A DNA stretch of 64,000 bases from Lytechinus pictus (Eukaryota): the NCBI RefSeq assembly GCF_037042905.1, contig NC_087249.1:9922001-9986000 (forward strand). The letters are read 5' to 3'. This document shows, piece by piece, positions 51,785-64,000 of the stretch (its first letter is position 1; each line of letters starts with the position of its first letter). The translations under genes and the position numbers were made by a program. The notes beneath the pieces are model-generated. The model had not been told where the DNA came from. It made no database searches and saw only the letters and a list, made by a program, of their open reading frames with translations.

Positions 51785-53144
51785 TTAAATCTTGCATAAG
51801 GTGATTGTAACAATCGGTGACAATACAATTGTGTTCCATGGAGTTGATTTTACCATAGCACACTGTTTGCATAATGTTCCCATTGTTTTGTCTATAAACC
51901 TCATACACACACACCCACTCCCTCACCCCACACATGCACACCAGTAAATTATTTTTGTCGAAAATCGCAATGCAAAACAGCAATGCCTCGAGGACTCTGC
52001 ATGGACAAACGACTTGTTTGATATTTTCGTCCGGTCCGAGTCTTAAAAGGATGTGCTGTCCCTGTCCACCGACTTTCGACAATGCCCGCTAATCTGTCCA
52101 TTGTCAGTTGACGGGCATTTTCAATAGATTCTCAACGTTCTCGAAAGCGTCTGCGAAGTGGATGCAAAAATACGCGGGGGGGGGGGTGGGTCACAAGCGA
52201 TGCAATTGAATGATTTACATCTATATCTCAAAGGATTTGCATTTCGATCGTTGAGATTTGAGAATAAATATGTACGGTGCAAACCAAATCCTTAATTCGA
52301 TTGGTTCCCAACTATAATCGATCTGCATGTATTTCAAATCTATGCAATATAGAGTGTATTTCTATTCCTTTATTCATTCTTGTCTCTAGCTTTCTCCGCT
52401 CACCCTTAATCTTGGTAAATACAGTATATGGTTCTAAAAAACACTTATACATATTTCTTGATCAGGGGAGTCGATATTATGTTGGATTACATTACCGTCA
52501 AATTCTCGGTTTATTTTCATTTGGTCCAATGCCAATTCGTCCAATTGCCAACTCGTTTACTATCATTTGGTCTACCATCAGTTCGTCCAATATCCACTTG
52601 GTCTAATTGCCATTTCGTCCACTCACCATTTCGTCTAATAAACAGTTGGTCCAATAGCCATTAAGTCCATATACCATTTGGTCTAATTATAATAGGTGTT
52701 GATTGGGCAAAATGAATGAAATAAAAAATGATTAGACCAACTGGTTATGAGACGAAGTGATGATTGGAACGAATGGTTGGACCAAATGGTTGTTGGACGG
52801 AATGGCATTAGACTAAATGAAGGTAGACCATGTGGAGAGTGGACGAGTTGGCAGTGGACAAATTGGCCCGCAAATGAGCAATTTACCAAATTCTCATATG
52901 ATTAGCTCCTCAAGAAGCTTAGAAAAACATAAAAAATAAACCGTGAAAATCTGGACCTATACCCGTTTTAAACCGTCCATAATTTCAGAATGATTTGTTG
53001 ACTTTCTTTACTTAAGTTTTTAAATTGTTTTAATTCGGTAGTCATCCTCGACACAATAAACTGCTCATAACCCTAAATACATTTTATCTTGACTACAAAT
53101 ACAAAGGACGACAGACAAAAGCAGGGGATGACCGATAATTTGGG

Positions 53145-53345
53145 TTTATTCAAATAGCATCATCGCATTGTAAAGAAGTTTCGCCGATTACATCGACTTA
53201 TGATAAACTTGTAGATGCAATAAATCAACATTCATTAAAACTGATCCTCTGGTAAAAGAAAATGTAAGTACAGATTTAATTTGGCAGACTCGTACTTACA
53301 AGTGTCTAATGTCTGGTTCATTTGACTCTCATAAAGACTTTTATT
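53145..53345 (-). promoter_or_regulatory. Candidate Ars polyadenylation signals
   Basis: AATAAA on minus at 53340-53345 and 53145-53150. Confidence 0.4.
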
Positions 53346-53432
53346 TGGGTTTTTTCAGAGATGGGTTTAGAGAAACCTGTGATAAAAATTCAACTTCAAG
53401 GTCACATTTTAGGCGTACAGATTTCCATTAAT

Positions 53433-56400
53433 CTATGGTTTGTAATACCTTGCGGCTAGCTGTTCAAGGTACCGGTAACATTGAGGCAAACCAGGTTCAT
53501 GGACATAGTTACAGACACAGTTGGTGTCTTGACTGCAGCACGGGACAATTGAGTGATCAAACGTGTCCAGAAGAGGTTCCCCTTTGACCAAGGCATTCTT
53601 GTGTGCCGTCACAGCCGCCTTGATATTCACAAACACAGCGTCGAGTCCGCAGGCTTCCAAAGGATACGCTTCGCCGGGATCCTTGTCAAGGTCGAAGAGG
53701 AGAGGCGGGTTGTGCTCGGTCACGCATTCACCCTCGCATTCGTTGCAGTCGAAGTAATCCTCCAGCGGCAACCCACCAGCGCATTTCTGACCGTACTCGT
53801 TCTGACTGCGGACACGTTGGGTCTTGAAGTGGGCTTTGTACTTGCCGATCCTGACGGCCATCAGGGTGTCCTTGCAGTAGTAGAAGAACGCGTCATGGGG
53901 CGACGAATCGTCGTTCAGGAGGACTCCCCTGATACTCTTTCCATCGTAGATACGGTCTGTCGGAAGCTTGGTGCCGCCCAAGTCAGCTGCTGTAGCGATG
54001 ATGTCCATTGATGTGACGAGCTCGTTGGAAACTCCAGGTTTAATCGTCCCAGGCCAGTATACGATGTATGGAATTCTGTGCCCACCTTCCCAAGAAAGTG
54101 ATTTACCACCTGCCAGAAAATACAAATAAGACATTAAACATCGTTGAATCAGAATAAAGGTCAAATGTTTACTCTTTTTTCCCGGCAAGAAAAATGGGTA
54201 TTCTTAGGAAATATCCATAACAGTCCTTTATGTTTGCATTCACAATTTTATCTCTTAAACACTTGTATAGAAATACGAGCATTGTCAACACACACACAAA
54301 AATAGCGAATTAGATATTGGTGCATACACCGACGCACTTATTATGGTCTAAGATAAAGAAGCAATTGCGTTTGATGGAAGATTTCTTTTATAAAAAAAAA
54401 GTGTAGCGTCAACTCCGAACAAGTCTTTACAGACTCTAACTTTCATAAACAGTGGTTATATAGTTTCAAATTATTTCTGAATTTTTACCTCTGAATATAT
54501 TGGCATCCCCTCCTTCCTCACAATACTCGCGATGGGGTCCGTGATCAGAGATGAAGAATATGATGGTGTTGTCGTCGAGTTTCTCTTCTTCCAACTTTTT
54601 AACGATTTGCTGAACAGCATCATGCATTTCCAGCAAGTTATCACCATATCGACCTAATAAAGTAAATACAATGCAAAAAGCACCGTGAGGATATGTTTGC
54701 AAGGCGATTGCCGTATTAGCGTCACACTCAAGAAATGACAATGCAATGTTTTCCTTTAAAAAGATGATTGATACGATCAAAATTAATCAATGTGATGCTC
54801 CTCCAATCACAGTGTCAAAGAAAAAAAAGCCATGATCCAAAATACTAAGATTCTTCTTAAAAGAACAAAGATGAATCTTAAGTGTTGTGTAGCAGCCAAG
54901 TGGATAAAAAAAATCAGTAAATTCCTTTGTGTTTTCAGAGGGAGAGGGTGCGTACGTGTGCATTTGATATGAAACTTCAAACAATCGCAAATTGGCGTTA
55001 TGGCACCAATTCAACCACTTATTACTTGCAAATTTGCAACTGATGCCTTTTTTCACAAGAAAAACATGAATTGAATTTGATCGATTAGTTGCAAATTTGA
55101 TTTATGTTTCCAAATTGCGAATAAGTTCCTGTCAACACCATCGATATCATAAAGCTGAATATAGCTACAACGCGTTCTTTCGAGGCCATTAACAGTACTC
55201 GGAAAGGTTTAATTCCAATTGGTCTAATGCAAATTCGTCTAATGACCAACTCGTCTACTATCATTTGGTCTATCAATTCGTCCACTATCCACATCCATAA
55301 CCAGTTGGTACAATAGCCATTTAGTCCATAAACCATTTGATCTAATTGGATTAGTGCTAATTGGGCGAAATGGATGAAAAGAAAATGGGTATTAGACCAA
55401 CTGGTTATTAGAGGAAATGGTCTTAGACGAACTGGTGATAAGACGAAGTGATTGTTGGACCAAATGGTTGTAAGACGAAATGTTGATGGACGGAATTGCA
55501 TTAGACTAAATAAAGGTAGACCATTTAATGAGTGGACGAGTTGACAAAAGACGAATCGGCAGTTTACCCTCAAGCGCACACAGAGTTCCACATTTTTTTC
55601 TCTTGAGTGTGCGTTGTTTCTTATGCTTTGGTATAGCCCCCAAATCATAGTATGCCCCCAAAATACTGTTGTGTCATGTAGTAATGTTCATGTCTAGCTT
55701 CAAGGCCGTGCGTGCAGCAATATACGAGTTCCATCCAGCTTTTTTATATCAATGGTCAACATGCTCTGATACGGACACCCCTGTCCAAACGGAGTAACTT
55801 TTAACGCTATACAAAAATGCAGAATATATATTTTGGGACGTGCGCATGATATACCCCCCAAAAATCTCTTTTTTTTGGGGGGGGGGTTTAAAGATGAAAA
55901 ATCATTTCCATTTTATTTCCACATGTGACGACATGTCCATTTATAATTCCACGGAATACATAAAAAAAAAAAACAATCAAGGTGCCGCACCTTTCAAATA
56001 ATGTTCACGTGTCAAGGAGAAAAAAAATCACGATATTTTTGTTTAAACAAGGATATGATATGTGTCGTGTTGTGTTCGAAATATATCCTTAACTTAAATA
56101 TGCACATTCTGAAACAGTGAAGCTACACTCACCTCGACGGGACGTGCAAGCGAAGTCGTCGCTTGAGAAAAGACTAGTGTGCATGTGGGCAAAGGCAACG
56201 TATAAGAAGAATGGGTCATCGATGTTGTCTTCAATGAAATTGATGGCATCACGAGTAAACGCTTGGGTTAGACCCTTATGTTGGTAAGGTTGCGACAGCA
56301 GTGTTGCGTTGTAATAGAGGTAGCATTTACTACTTTCTGGAAAGTCTAAATGAAGCTAAAAAGGAGTAAAATGACAACACAAAATTAACCAACCGTCAAT

Positions 56401-59098
56401 TATTTCATTATAATAGCCTTTAATTTAATAAAATTTATTGCCTTATTTAGGTCTTATATACAAAAAATGTGCATACAGCACAAAGAGCGAAATGGTAACA
56501 CAATGAACTGCAAACGACAAGACCTCTATATCTGTCTATAGAATATGATACAATATTCCTGATAGTCTTTCAAATGTTTATACTCCATACATCCCTCTAA
56601 ACAAGGTTACCATAGCGATACACTCAAAAAGAAAAAATCCATGGGTTACACCATTCTTGTATGTGGTCTCTCATTGGCTGTTAATAAATATCTATATGTA
56701 GTCTTAAAATGTACGTTTTTAGAAAACTGTCAATAAAACGGAATACATTAGCCTAAACACCTTTTATTTCTTTAGAGAAACTAAACTATTTTGAGAGGGA
56801 AAAAAGTACTTGTTATGCTCCTTTGTAACATAATTGAAGCGGTGTGGATGTATCGAGTAATGAATTTAGCATGTTACCGTTCAAGTTGGCCTGTATTACA
56901 AGACTACACTGCCCAGAATGTTCTATTGTGGGTTAGGAACCGGGCCAGAAGTGAGTAGCCGAGGACTGGAGATGGTGATATTATGGTTGCTGGTCCATTT
57001 TTTGCATTATAATGTTTACAATTCTAAAAATAACTTACCCCTGTATCGTCGCAATTCCAGCTGTTGGTAAAGGGAAGGTTATGGCCCACATAATCAAATC
57101 CGTGATTGAAGGGAAGATGAGCACCGTCTGTGGGCGAATTCTCATTGATTCCTGAAAATTAGACAAAAAGGTCTCGAAAATTACATTTATGCGAGGATGG
57201 GAGATTCCAGCAGTTTACTTTGACATTTAAGCGTAACTTTTATGCAAAACAGTAAAGCATCATGGTCCTTTAAGGATTTCATAAGGCCTATATCATTCCA
57301 AGGGGAGGAAGTCCCGTTTTAGAAACGTGCACTCGCTTTTATTGTCTAATGAAGGGAGTAAAGAGGGTCCTTTGCTTCTGTCGTTATGCCCCTTCTCCAC
57401 CCCTCTTCGACCTCTCTACCCACGATTTATTGGAACTACTTACCAAGATGCCATTTTCCGACCATGCCTGTTGCATACCCGGCCTGTTTCATGGCCTCGG
57501 CTATGGTGATTTCACTTTTCGGTAGACCAGTCTTCGTCCAGGGTAGGAACACACGAGTCTCTCCATAGGTACCAATACGTACGGGCAAGCGACCTGGTGA
57601 AAAAAAAAAAATTACCGCGCCCTTGTTTAATCATGTAACATGCCATATGTGAGAGGTAAATATTTGGGCATCACAGCTCATCCGTATGCTTGGTAATCTC
57701 GTTTAAACACCAAGACCTTTCTTTTTTTCATCCTTTTAAAATAAACTATGCTTACACGAGAAACCAATGAGCCATGGTATCAAAGGGCAGCAAGAGCGCA
57801 TCTGCATAATTATCTCAAAGTGCAGCTATAAGTCTTTATCCGTTGCCAGCTATGATCCCCAGCTCAAAAGGCACAAATGTATGTAATTGTAGGTGAAGCC
57901 CCCTCCCCCTTCCGAACACAAACAGCAACGGTTCGTAAATTCAGATTTTTTCTTTGTTTTCTTTGCGAAAATAGTATATAATTTACCTTTTATTATCGTA
58001 ATTCTATAAATGTCGAGGACCCCACTGGAAATAAGCTTTCGTGTGTCATCCTGTGCAAGCCTGTTGTTTTTAATGCTACTGTATATATTATGTTGTGGCG
58101 ACTTTCAAATCACATCAAATCAAAATCAAAATTAAAATCAAAATAAAAAAATTAAAATCAATCAATAAATAAATTTACCCCACAAACTTAAAGAACTGAT
58201 ATCTCATCGGCGAACAAGAATTTCCCTGTCTCCTCGTCTACGCGCAATGCTCAAATCAGTATTTCAAATAATTTCCTCGTTAACATACAAGGCAATGAAA
58301 AAAACTTTCACAAATTTGATTTAACATGTTTAAAGTCCGCTTTCGTGAAGGGTCTACTACAGAATGACATGGCAAAATAACGGTTTTAACCGATAAGATG
58401 AAATTGTATAAAAAAGCTAGGCAAATATTTTGATGCATTTAACCCCCCCCCCTAGCCACCCAACACACCTACTTGAGTAGAATTGGTGGCAGGCGAGGAT
58501 CCATTTTTTGTGTAGTTTTCAAAAAGTGGATTAGCCCATAGGATTTGGATCCTACCAGTGTTGTGTGGTTGGTCTTAAAAAATATACGGTGCACAAAACG
58601 AAGCTGATTTTCTAATTGAAAAGCCTTACGTGTTTTCAACATGTTCAATAATCTTCATAGTTGATGTTTTATTTAGGAAGTAGATATTTTAGTCATTTAT
58701 TTCTGCAGTTTATGAACTTCTTTAGTAATTTTCGATACCATTTGACAAAAGTAGTAATATGCAATTTCATTCGATTAAACCCTTAGCCTACCTGTCATGA
58801 TAGCTGATCTGCTGGGCGTACAGACAGAGTCTCCCACATATCCATTGGTGAATCTGAGACCCTTGGCAGCCATCCGGTCAATGAAACCGGGCTCCTGGGT
58901 CGGGTGGCCGTATGACGTCAGGTCGCCCACGCCCATGTCGTCGGCGACTAAGAGGATGACATTGGGCTTTTCGCGGGCAGGTCGATGTTGGTCCTCTTGC
59001 AGAATATGGTCCAGCAGGTCGGGTATCTGGTCGAAAATATCGCCGATGGCTACGACATGCCCAAGGAGGGTCAGTAGGAAGACAGCAGAGAGCTTCAT
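53433..59098 (-). CDS. Ars: Sea-urchin arylsulfatase (secreted; 544 aa; 6 coding exons)
   Basis: Exons 59098-58792, 57593-57444, 57151-57039, 56355-56133, 54653-54489, 54109-53433 (1635 nt, all GT-AG, in phase). Signal peptide [30 protein letters not shown]; formylglycine signature [58 protein letters not shown]. Closely matches the echinoid embryonic Ars sequence as I recall it. Confidence 0.96.
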
Positions 59099-59214
59099 CT
59101 TTGATGCGCCACGGAGAAAAGCTTGCAGAGAAATGAATGCTCTCATACTTTCGTGAGGACTGCAAAGACCATTTCGGTGCGGCATGGGTGCTGTTCTTTT
59201 GTGGCATTAATGCA

Positions 59215-59346
59215 TGGGTGACTACAAGTATGGCTTGCAAAATATAATATATACACTGACATAGCAGCGCACCTGACTCATTTGCATAACTCATTGAATG
59301 CGCTTGTTCTTCTTTTGAATCTCCAGGGAAAGCGCCCCCCCCCCCC
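59215..59346 (-). promoter_or_regulatory. Candidate Ars proximal promoter (TATA-like box, AP-1/octamer composite, G12 string)
   Basis: TATATAT on minus at 59247-59253, ~150 nt upstream of the ATG; TGACTCA 59274-59280 overlapping ATTTGCAT 59280-59287; C12 at 59335-59346. Confidence 0.5.
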
Positions 59347-59656
59347 ACAGTTGTTATGGCCCTAACTACAATATCGTTTTTTGTAACGTAGTCAAATTGT
59401 TTATGAGAGCTTTGTGAAGACTTGGTAACTTATAGTTCCATGTACAATGTACATTGCAAACTCAGTGTTGTTAGGCAGGTAAGACTGTAAATGTAGCCAA
59501 CATAGCAACCACTATAAAATAGTATGCAATTTTGTAATTTTATTTGTACGTGTTGAAGTACAATTATTATTAACAGATGAAATTTATCGTTATTTGTATT
59601 CTTCAAATAAGGTTTATTCGGCCGTACTAACCGGATATGTCTGGAACTTGAATGGA

Positions 59657-60057
59657 AATGTGGATTGGTTGGAGAAGATCGAATGTTTGAGAACAAAGAA
59701 GCATTGGATAAAAAATGTCCATAGAATCTACTTTGAAGTGCTAATGTTATGTTGAACACACTGGCGGATCCAGGGGGGGGGGGGCAAAGCCGGCCCGTGC
59801 CCCCCCCCCCCCCTTTGAGAGACACAATTTAAATTTGTAATGTAAAAATGCCGTTAATGTGGATTGGTTGGAGAAGATCGAATGTTTGAGAGCAAAGAAG
59901 CATTGGATAAAAAATGTCCATAGAATCTACTTTGAAGTGCTAATGTTATGTTGAACACACTGGCGGATCCAGGGGGGGGGGGGGGGGGCAAAGCCGGCCC
60001 GTGCCCCCCCCCCCTTTGAGAGACACAATTTAAATTTGTAATGTAAAAATGCCGTTA
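59657..60057. repeat. ~200-bp tandem duplication spanning flank DNA plus the left end of a MITE
   Basis: Units start AATGTGGATTGGTTGGAGAAG at 59657 and 59856; they differ by about one substitution and by G/C-run lengths. Confidence 0.9.
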
Positions 60058-60210
60058 AAATAAAAGTGTGCCCCCCCCCCCTTGTGAAAGTGAAGACCCC
60101 TTTTTTTCTTGTCAATTTTTTTTTTGCTTGTCAAATTTTTTTTTTGCTTGTCAAATTTTTCATCGGAAAATATGCCCTCTCCCCTTTTGAAAATCCTAGA
60201 CCCGCCCCTG
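59958..60210. mobile_element. hAT-like MITE with G/C homopolymer runs
   Basis: TIR CACTGGCGGATCCAGG ... CCTAGACCCGCCCCTG; 8-bp TSD GTTGAACA (59950-59957, 60211-60218). Confidence 0.82.
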
Positions 60211-60294
60211 GTTGAACATAATTATGCGTTGAGTTTTTTTTTTCTTGAGGGGGAGGGGGGGGGGGGCTGGTACCAATGCAGTGACGCGATAAGT

Positions 60295-61740
60295 AGTTTT
60301 CATTTTCATTTCATTTCGTTTATTTCCATTTTCAACAATTACAGTTTATTTTGTACATTTTAACATATAAATAACAAAACACATTTCAAGTATTCCTGTA
60401 CAAAAATTATATTCAAGATTATTACATATCAAGTTGGAAATGGAGGAGGCTGCTAAAAAGCGGAGCTTGTAGAGTGCAGCCTCCTAATAAATATTCTTGT
60501 AGTTGTATAACATATAAAAATCAAAATAACAACTAGAGCATGAACCAGTTAAATTCAAAGGAAATAGGGGAAATTAAAATAGAAAAGGGAATAAGAAAAA
60601 GAGAGATTAAAGGTCTCCAGAATCAGCCCCAGCACTCACAGACGGACCTCGTTGATCAACAGGAAAACGAAAGAGATGGAAAAGCGTACGTGACATGATA
60701 ATCATGTTTGATTTTTTTTTAAAAATACAAGAGTTTGAGTGATGAAGAGTTAAATTCAATGGTTATCTTGGAGAATTTTTTTGAACTTATATTTAAAAGA
60801 ATTAAGGCTTGGTGATTCTTTGATGTTTTTATATAGTTCCCCAGAGTCTAGGGCCTTCAAAAGTAAAAATAGATTTTGCAAGGATGGTCCGGGGTAGTGG
60901 TAAATGGAATTCATCTGATTGACGTGTGGGATATTTGTGAAGAGTTTTGTTTTTGTTAAATGAAGAATTAAATATGAATGGTAACATATTATTGTTTAAC
61001 TGATACATGAATTTACCTAAGTTATATGGGTACAGTGTTTTCATTTTTAGAATGTTATTGTTAAAAAACAACTCATCTGTGTGAGATCTCCAGGACAAGT
61101 TGAAAATAACACGCAATGCCTTCTTTTGTAAAAGTAATATTCTATCAAGGTAGGTTGAGTGTGTATTTCCCCAAACAATTGCTCCATAATTTAAATATGG
61201 TAAAATTAATGTTGAATAAAGCATTTTTAGGGAGGAAGTTGGAAGAAAAAACTTAACTTTGTTAATAACACCAATATTGCGTGAAATTGTACGACATATA
61301 AAGTCAATGTGTGTTTTCCAAGATAATTTGTTGTCTACTATGAGACCTAAAAAAATTGTTGTAGTAACAACTTCAATGTCTTTATTGTCCAATTTGATAT
61401 TAAATGGCAATTGTTCTAAAGAATTGCTAAAAAGCATGCATTTCGTTTTTTGTACATTAATTGACAATTTGTTAGCCCTAATCCATTGTACCAATTTATC
61501 CAGTTCAGTGTTCAGTACATTTATTAAAATATCGGGGTTAGGATGAGAGTATAGTACATTTGAATCATCTGCAAAAAGGACATAAGATAATATTTCAGAG
61601 GAGTTCTGGATGTCATTTATATAGATTATAAATAAAAGAGGGCACAGGAGGCTGCCTTGGGGAACACCCCAGTTAACATTTTGTAGAGAAGAATTTTGTT
61701 CATTTATGCTTACGATTTACGAGGTAGTTTCTGAACCACT
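60295..61740 (-). mobile_element. 5'-truncated L2/Crack (CR1-group) LINE: RT C-terminal half plus 3' UTR
   Basis: Minus frames give WFRNYL..GVPQGSLLCPLLFIIYINDI..VLFADDSN, then ORF 61494-60829 (W..ANKLSIN..KTK, FLG..VDNKLSWKTHI, LILPYLNYG..VWG, LQKKALR). 3' stem-loop at 60445-60484 and a (GAAAT)n tail near 60300. Confidence 0.88.
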
Positions 61741-62040
61741 TTTCGCATTTACTACGGGGAAAATCTCTACAACGCATCGATTCCTGTGAAATGCAATTAA
61801 AATCACAATGGAGAGCTGAGGGGCTTTTGTCAAAACTGGGAAAGGACTGGGTCGGCAGATCATACGAAGATTTGCACCGGACGAACAATTGCAAATATGT
61901 CGTTGTCCAGAGTCAAGAGATTCCGATGCAGCTGTCCCGGTAATTTCGACAAAAGCCTCTCAGCTCTCCATTGTGATTTGACTTGCATTTTCAAAGGAAT
62001 TGATGCGTATTTTGTAGTTTCCCCGTAGTCAAATGCGACA
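61741..62040. mobile_element. Palindromic MITE adjoining the LINE; related copies at ~17705-17940, ~19285-19535 and ~51950-52160
   Basis: Arms CTACGGGGAAA..AAATCACAATGGAGAGCTGAG mirrored by CTCAGCTCTCCATTGTGATTT..TTTCCCCGTAG; shared core GCAAATATGTCGTT(T)GTCCAGAGTC. Confidence 0.7.
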
Positions 62041-62232
62041 TGTGCGAAAAGTTGCTCCGGGCTTAATAGACCAGTTCGTAGTTACTTCTGGGACAATTTT
62101 GGTCAAATGACCTTTCATTTCTTTCATTAAGATAGGTAGATTTCAAAGCAAGATATTACGTATGCATGCCTTACATAGCGGGATGAAGAAATTGAATAGA
62201 CCAGGTGACTAGAATAGCAATGAACACTCTAT

Positions 62233-62825
62233 CCCTGATAGCAGAAACTGGTAAAAATGACGTCATAATTACGTCAGTTTAACGACGAGTGTCACGTCAT
62301 TTTGACGTCGTAACATGACGTCTTATTGACGGGATCTTGCACCCGCGAATAACGTCATTATGACGTCGTATATTGACGTCATTATGACGTCTCCAAGAGT
62401 GACTACGACGTCTTAATGACGTCTTAGCAACGTTTTTACAACGTTTTCCTGACCAGTATCAAGGGTCAGATTGACGTCGTGTATTGACGTGATTATGACG
62501 TCTTCGAGAGTCAACAACGACGTCTTAATGACATCCGTGCAACGTGTTCCTGACCGGTTTTAGACGTCATATTGATGTAATTATGACGTCTTTAAAAGTC
62601 ATCTACGACGTCTTAATGACAACTTTGCGACGTATTCCTGACCAGTTTCAGACGTCATATTGATGTAATTATGACGTCTTTATAAGTCAACTACGACGTC
62701 TGAATGACGACTTTGCAACATATTGCTGACTAGTAATAGACGTCATATTGACGTCGCATATTGAAATGAATATGACGTCTTTTGGAGTCAACTATGATAT
62801 CTTAACGTATTCTGACGTGATAATG
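62233..62825. repeat. GACGTC-rich tandem repeat (~88-100-bp units), probably a DNA-transposon subterminal array
   Basis: About 20 GACGTC palindromes; (C/G)CTGAC anchors near 62448, 62549, 62637, 62725. Confidence 0.8.
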
Positions 62826-63626
62826 ACCTAAACATTAAATTCTACATGCAATGTACATACACACATCACTTCAAAGACCTTGTCATTGAGGATTATCTAT
62901 ATTTGGTGAATACTGAGGTGGTCTGACAATGTCCAGCATTCCCAGTAACAATATAATGATCCTCCATGCCAGGGCCTTGCATAACTTGTCTCGGTCTCAA
63001 GAACATGACCCCCCCCCCCCCCCGAAAAATAATATATACAAAAATGGAAAACGAAATCAAATACATGTACGCATTTCAATTACGAAATCGTGGCAAATAT
63101 TCTATTAATAAATAAAAGTTGCATAACATATTACCAGCAAAAAAAAAAAAGGAATACAAAATGTTGAAAACTCTAAATAGATTGAAAAAAAAAAACTTCT
63201 CTATGAAAATGCAGTATTAGGGTCAAAGGAATGAAATTACAATGTTTGTTATACCAATACATACAATTGTACATGTATAAATACACATTAATACATAACA
63301 GAGGCATAATGATCTCCACGAATAAAGCTTTTTCGTTGAAATTGTAATTAAATATACCTTCAACTTTAGACAACTATGTAATGTAGGTAAAAATATACTG
63401 TATGTAAAAAAAAAATACCCGAGTTGGAATAGTTTCAGGATTTATGGAAGCTCGCATTTGGGTGAAAGAATCCTACATGTACATTAATTCTTATGAATGT
63501 TTGGGTTGTATTACACTATCACTTAGGGCCAGGGGTAAAAGACAGTAGTTGCAGCAAACAATTATTTCTTCGGAAAGTCTTTTAAATTAAGGTTAATTGT
63601 CAAAATATTGTACATAATCTAGATCT

Positions 63627-63897
63627 GGGCCGTCTTACAAAGAGTTACGATTGATCCGATCAATCATAACTCTATGGAAATCCATCAGTGTCATAATTTT
63701 TTTCTACGAAAAATTTGCACAATGTCCTTTGTATGCAAAGAGAAGCGCAGCGAATTTTTGAGAAAACAATGAATGCATGAACATACATCATAGCTAGAAA
63801 ATATTTTGAACAAACATGCTTAATAGATGTTAACGTTGCTGACCGTCCATAGTTGCGATTGATCGGATCAATCATAACTCTTTGTAAGACGGGGCCC
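63627..63897. mobile_element. MITE with long TIRs
   Basis: CCGTCTTACAAAGAGTTACGATTGATCCGATCAATC ... GATTGATCGGATCAATCATAACTCTTTGTAAGACGG. Confidence 0.8.
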
Positions 63898-64000
63898 TGG
63901 TAAATTAATGTAAACTTGTATCTTTGTAAAATCATGAATTTTGATCTTAAAATCAATAATTCTGATGATCACTAACACAGAAAAGCATATGTGGGACAGG

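Noticed and set aside
53553..54011. 152-aa plus-strand ORF, and similar ORFs opposite other exons
   Set aside because: Antisense shadows of GC-richer coding exons with no independent motifs.
59099..59185. Upstream in-frame ATGs extending Ars by up to 29 aa
   Set aside because: The ATG at 59098 directly starts a signal peptide matching known Ars N-termini; upstream starts are not excluded but have no support.
61200..61900. Positional equivalent of the Hemicentrotus Ars insulator (recalled as roughly 2-2.7 kb upstream)
   Set aside because: This interval is LINE and MITE sequence, and I cannot recognise the insulator without an alignment.

Overview
AT-rich, intron- and repeat-rich animal genomic DNA. 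It is almost certainly sea urchin, because it carries the six-exon echinoid embryonic arylsulfatase (Ars); a Lytechinus-like species is a guess. I assembled three spliced genes by hand from splice sites and reading phase. (A) The 3' 13 exons of a MAM-domain type I membrane protein on + (3267-19145), ending in an NPxY-bearing tail. (B) A complete 19-exon paralogue on - (49990-23261; signal peptide, 6 MAM domains, TM, very short tail without NPxY; about 1117 aa), tail-to-tail with A. (C) Ars on - (59098-53433; 544 aa). Introns and intergenic DNA hold non-autonomous DNA transposons (hAT-, Harbinger-, Kolobok- and Helentron-like), tRNA-derived SINEs, a decayed LINE, satellites and microsatellites. 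Highlights: an AcademH-like element with a RecQ-helicase fragment nested in a Harbinger-like element; a minimal hammerhead ribozyme and a full tRNA cloverleaf with a UCA anticodon inside one (TA)n cluster; the long-tail/short-tail MAM pair with a conserved RGD; a GC-AG intron; and candidate Ars regulatory motifs. All coordinates were read by eye and no database searches were run.
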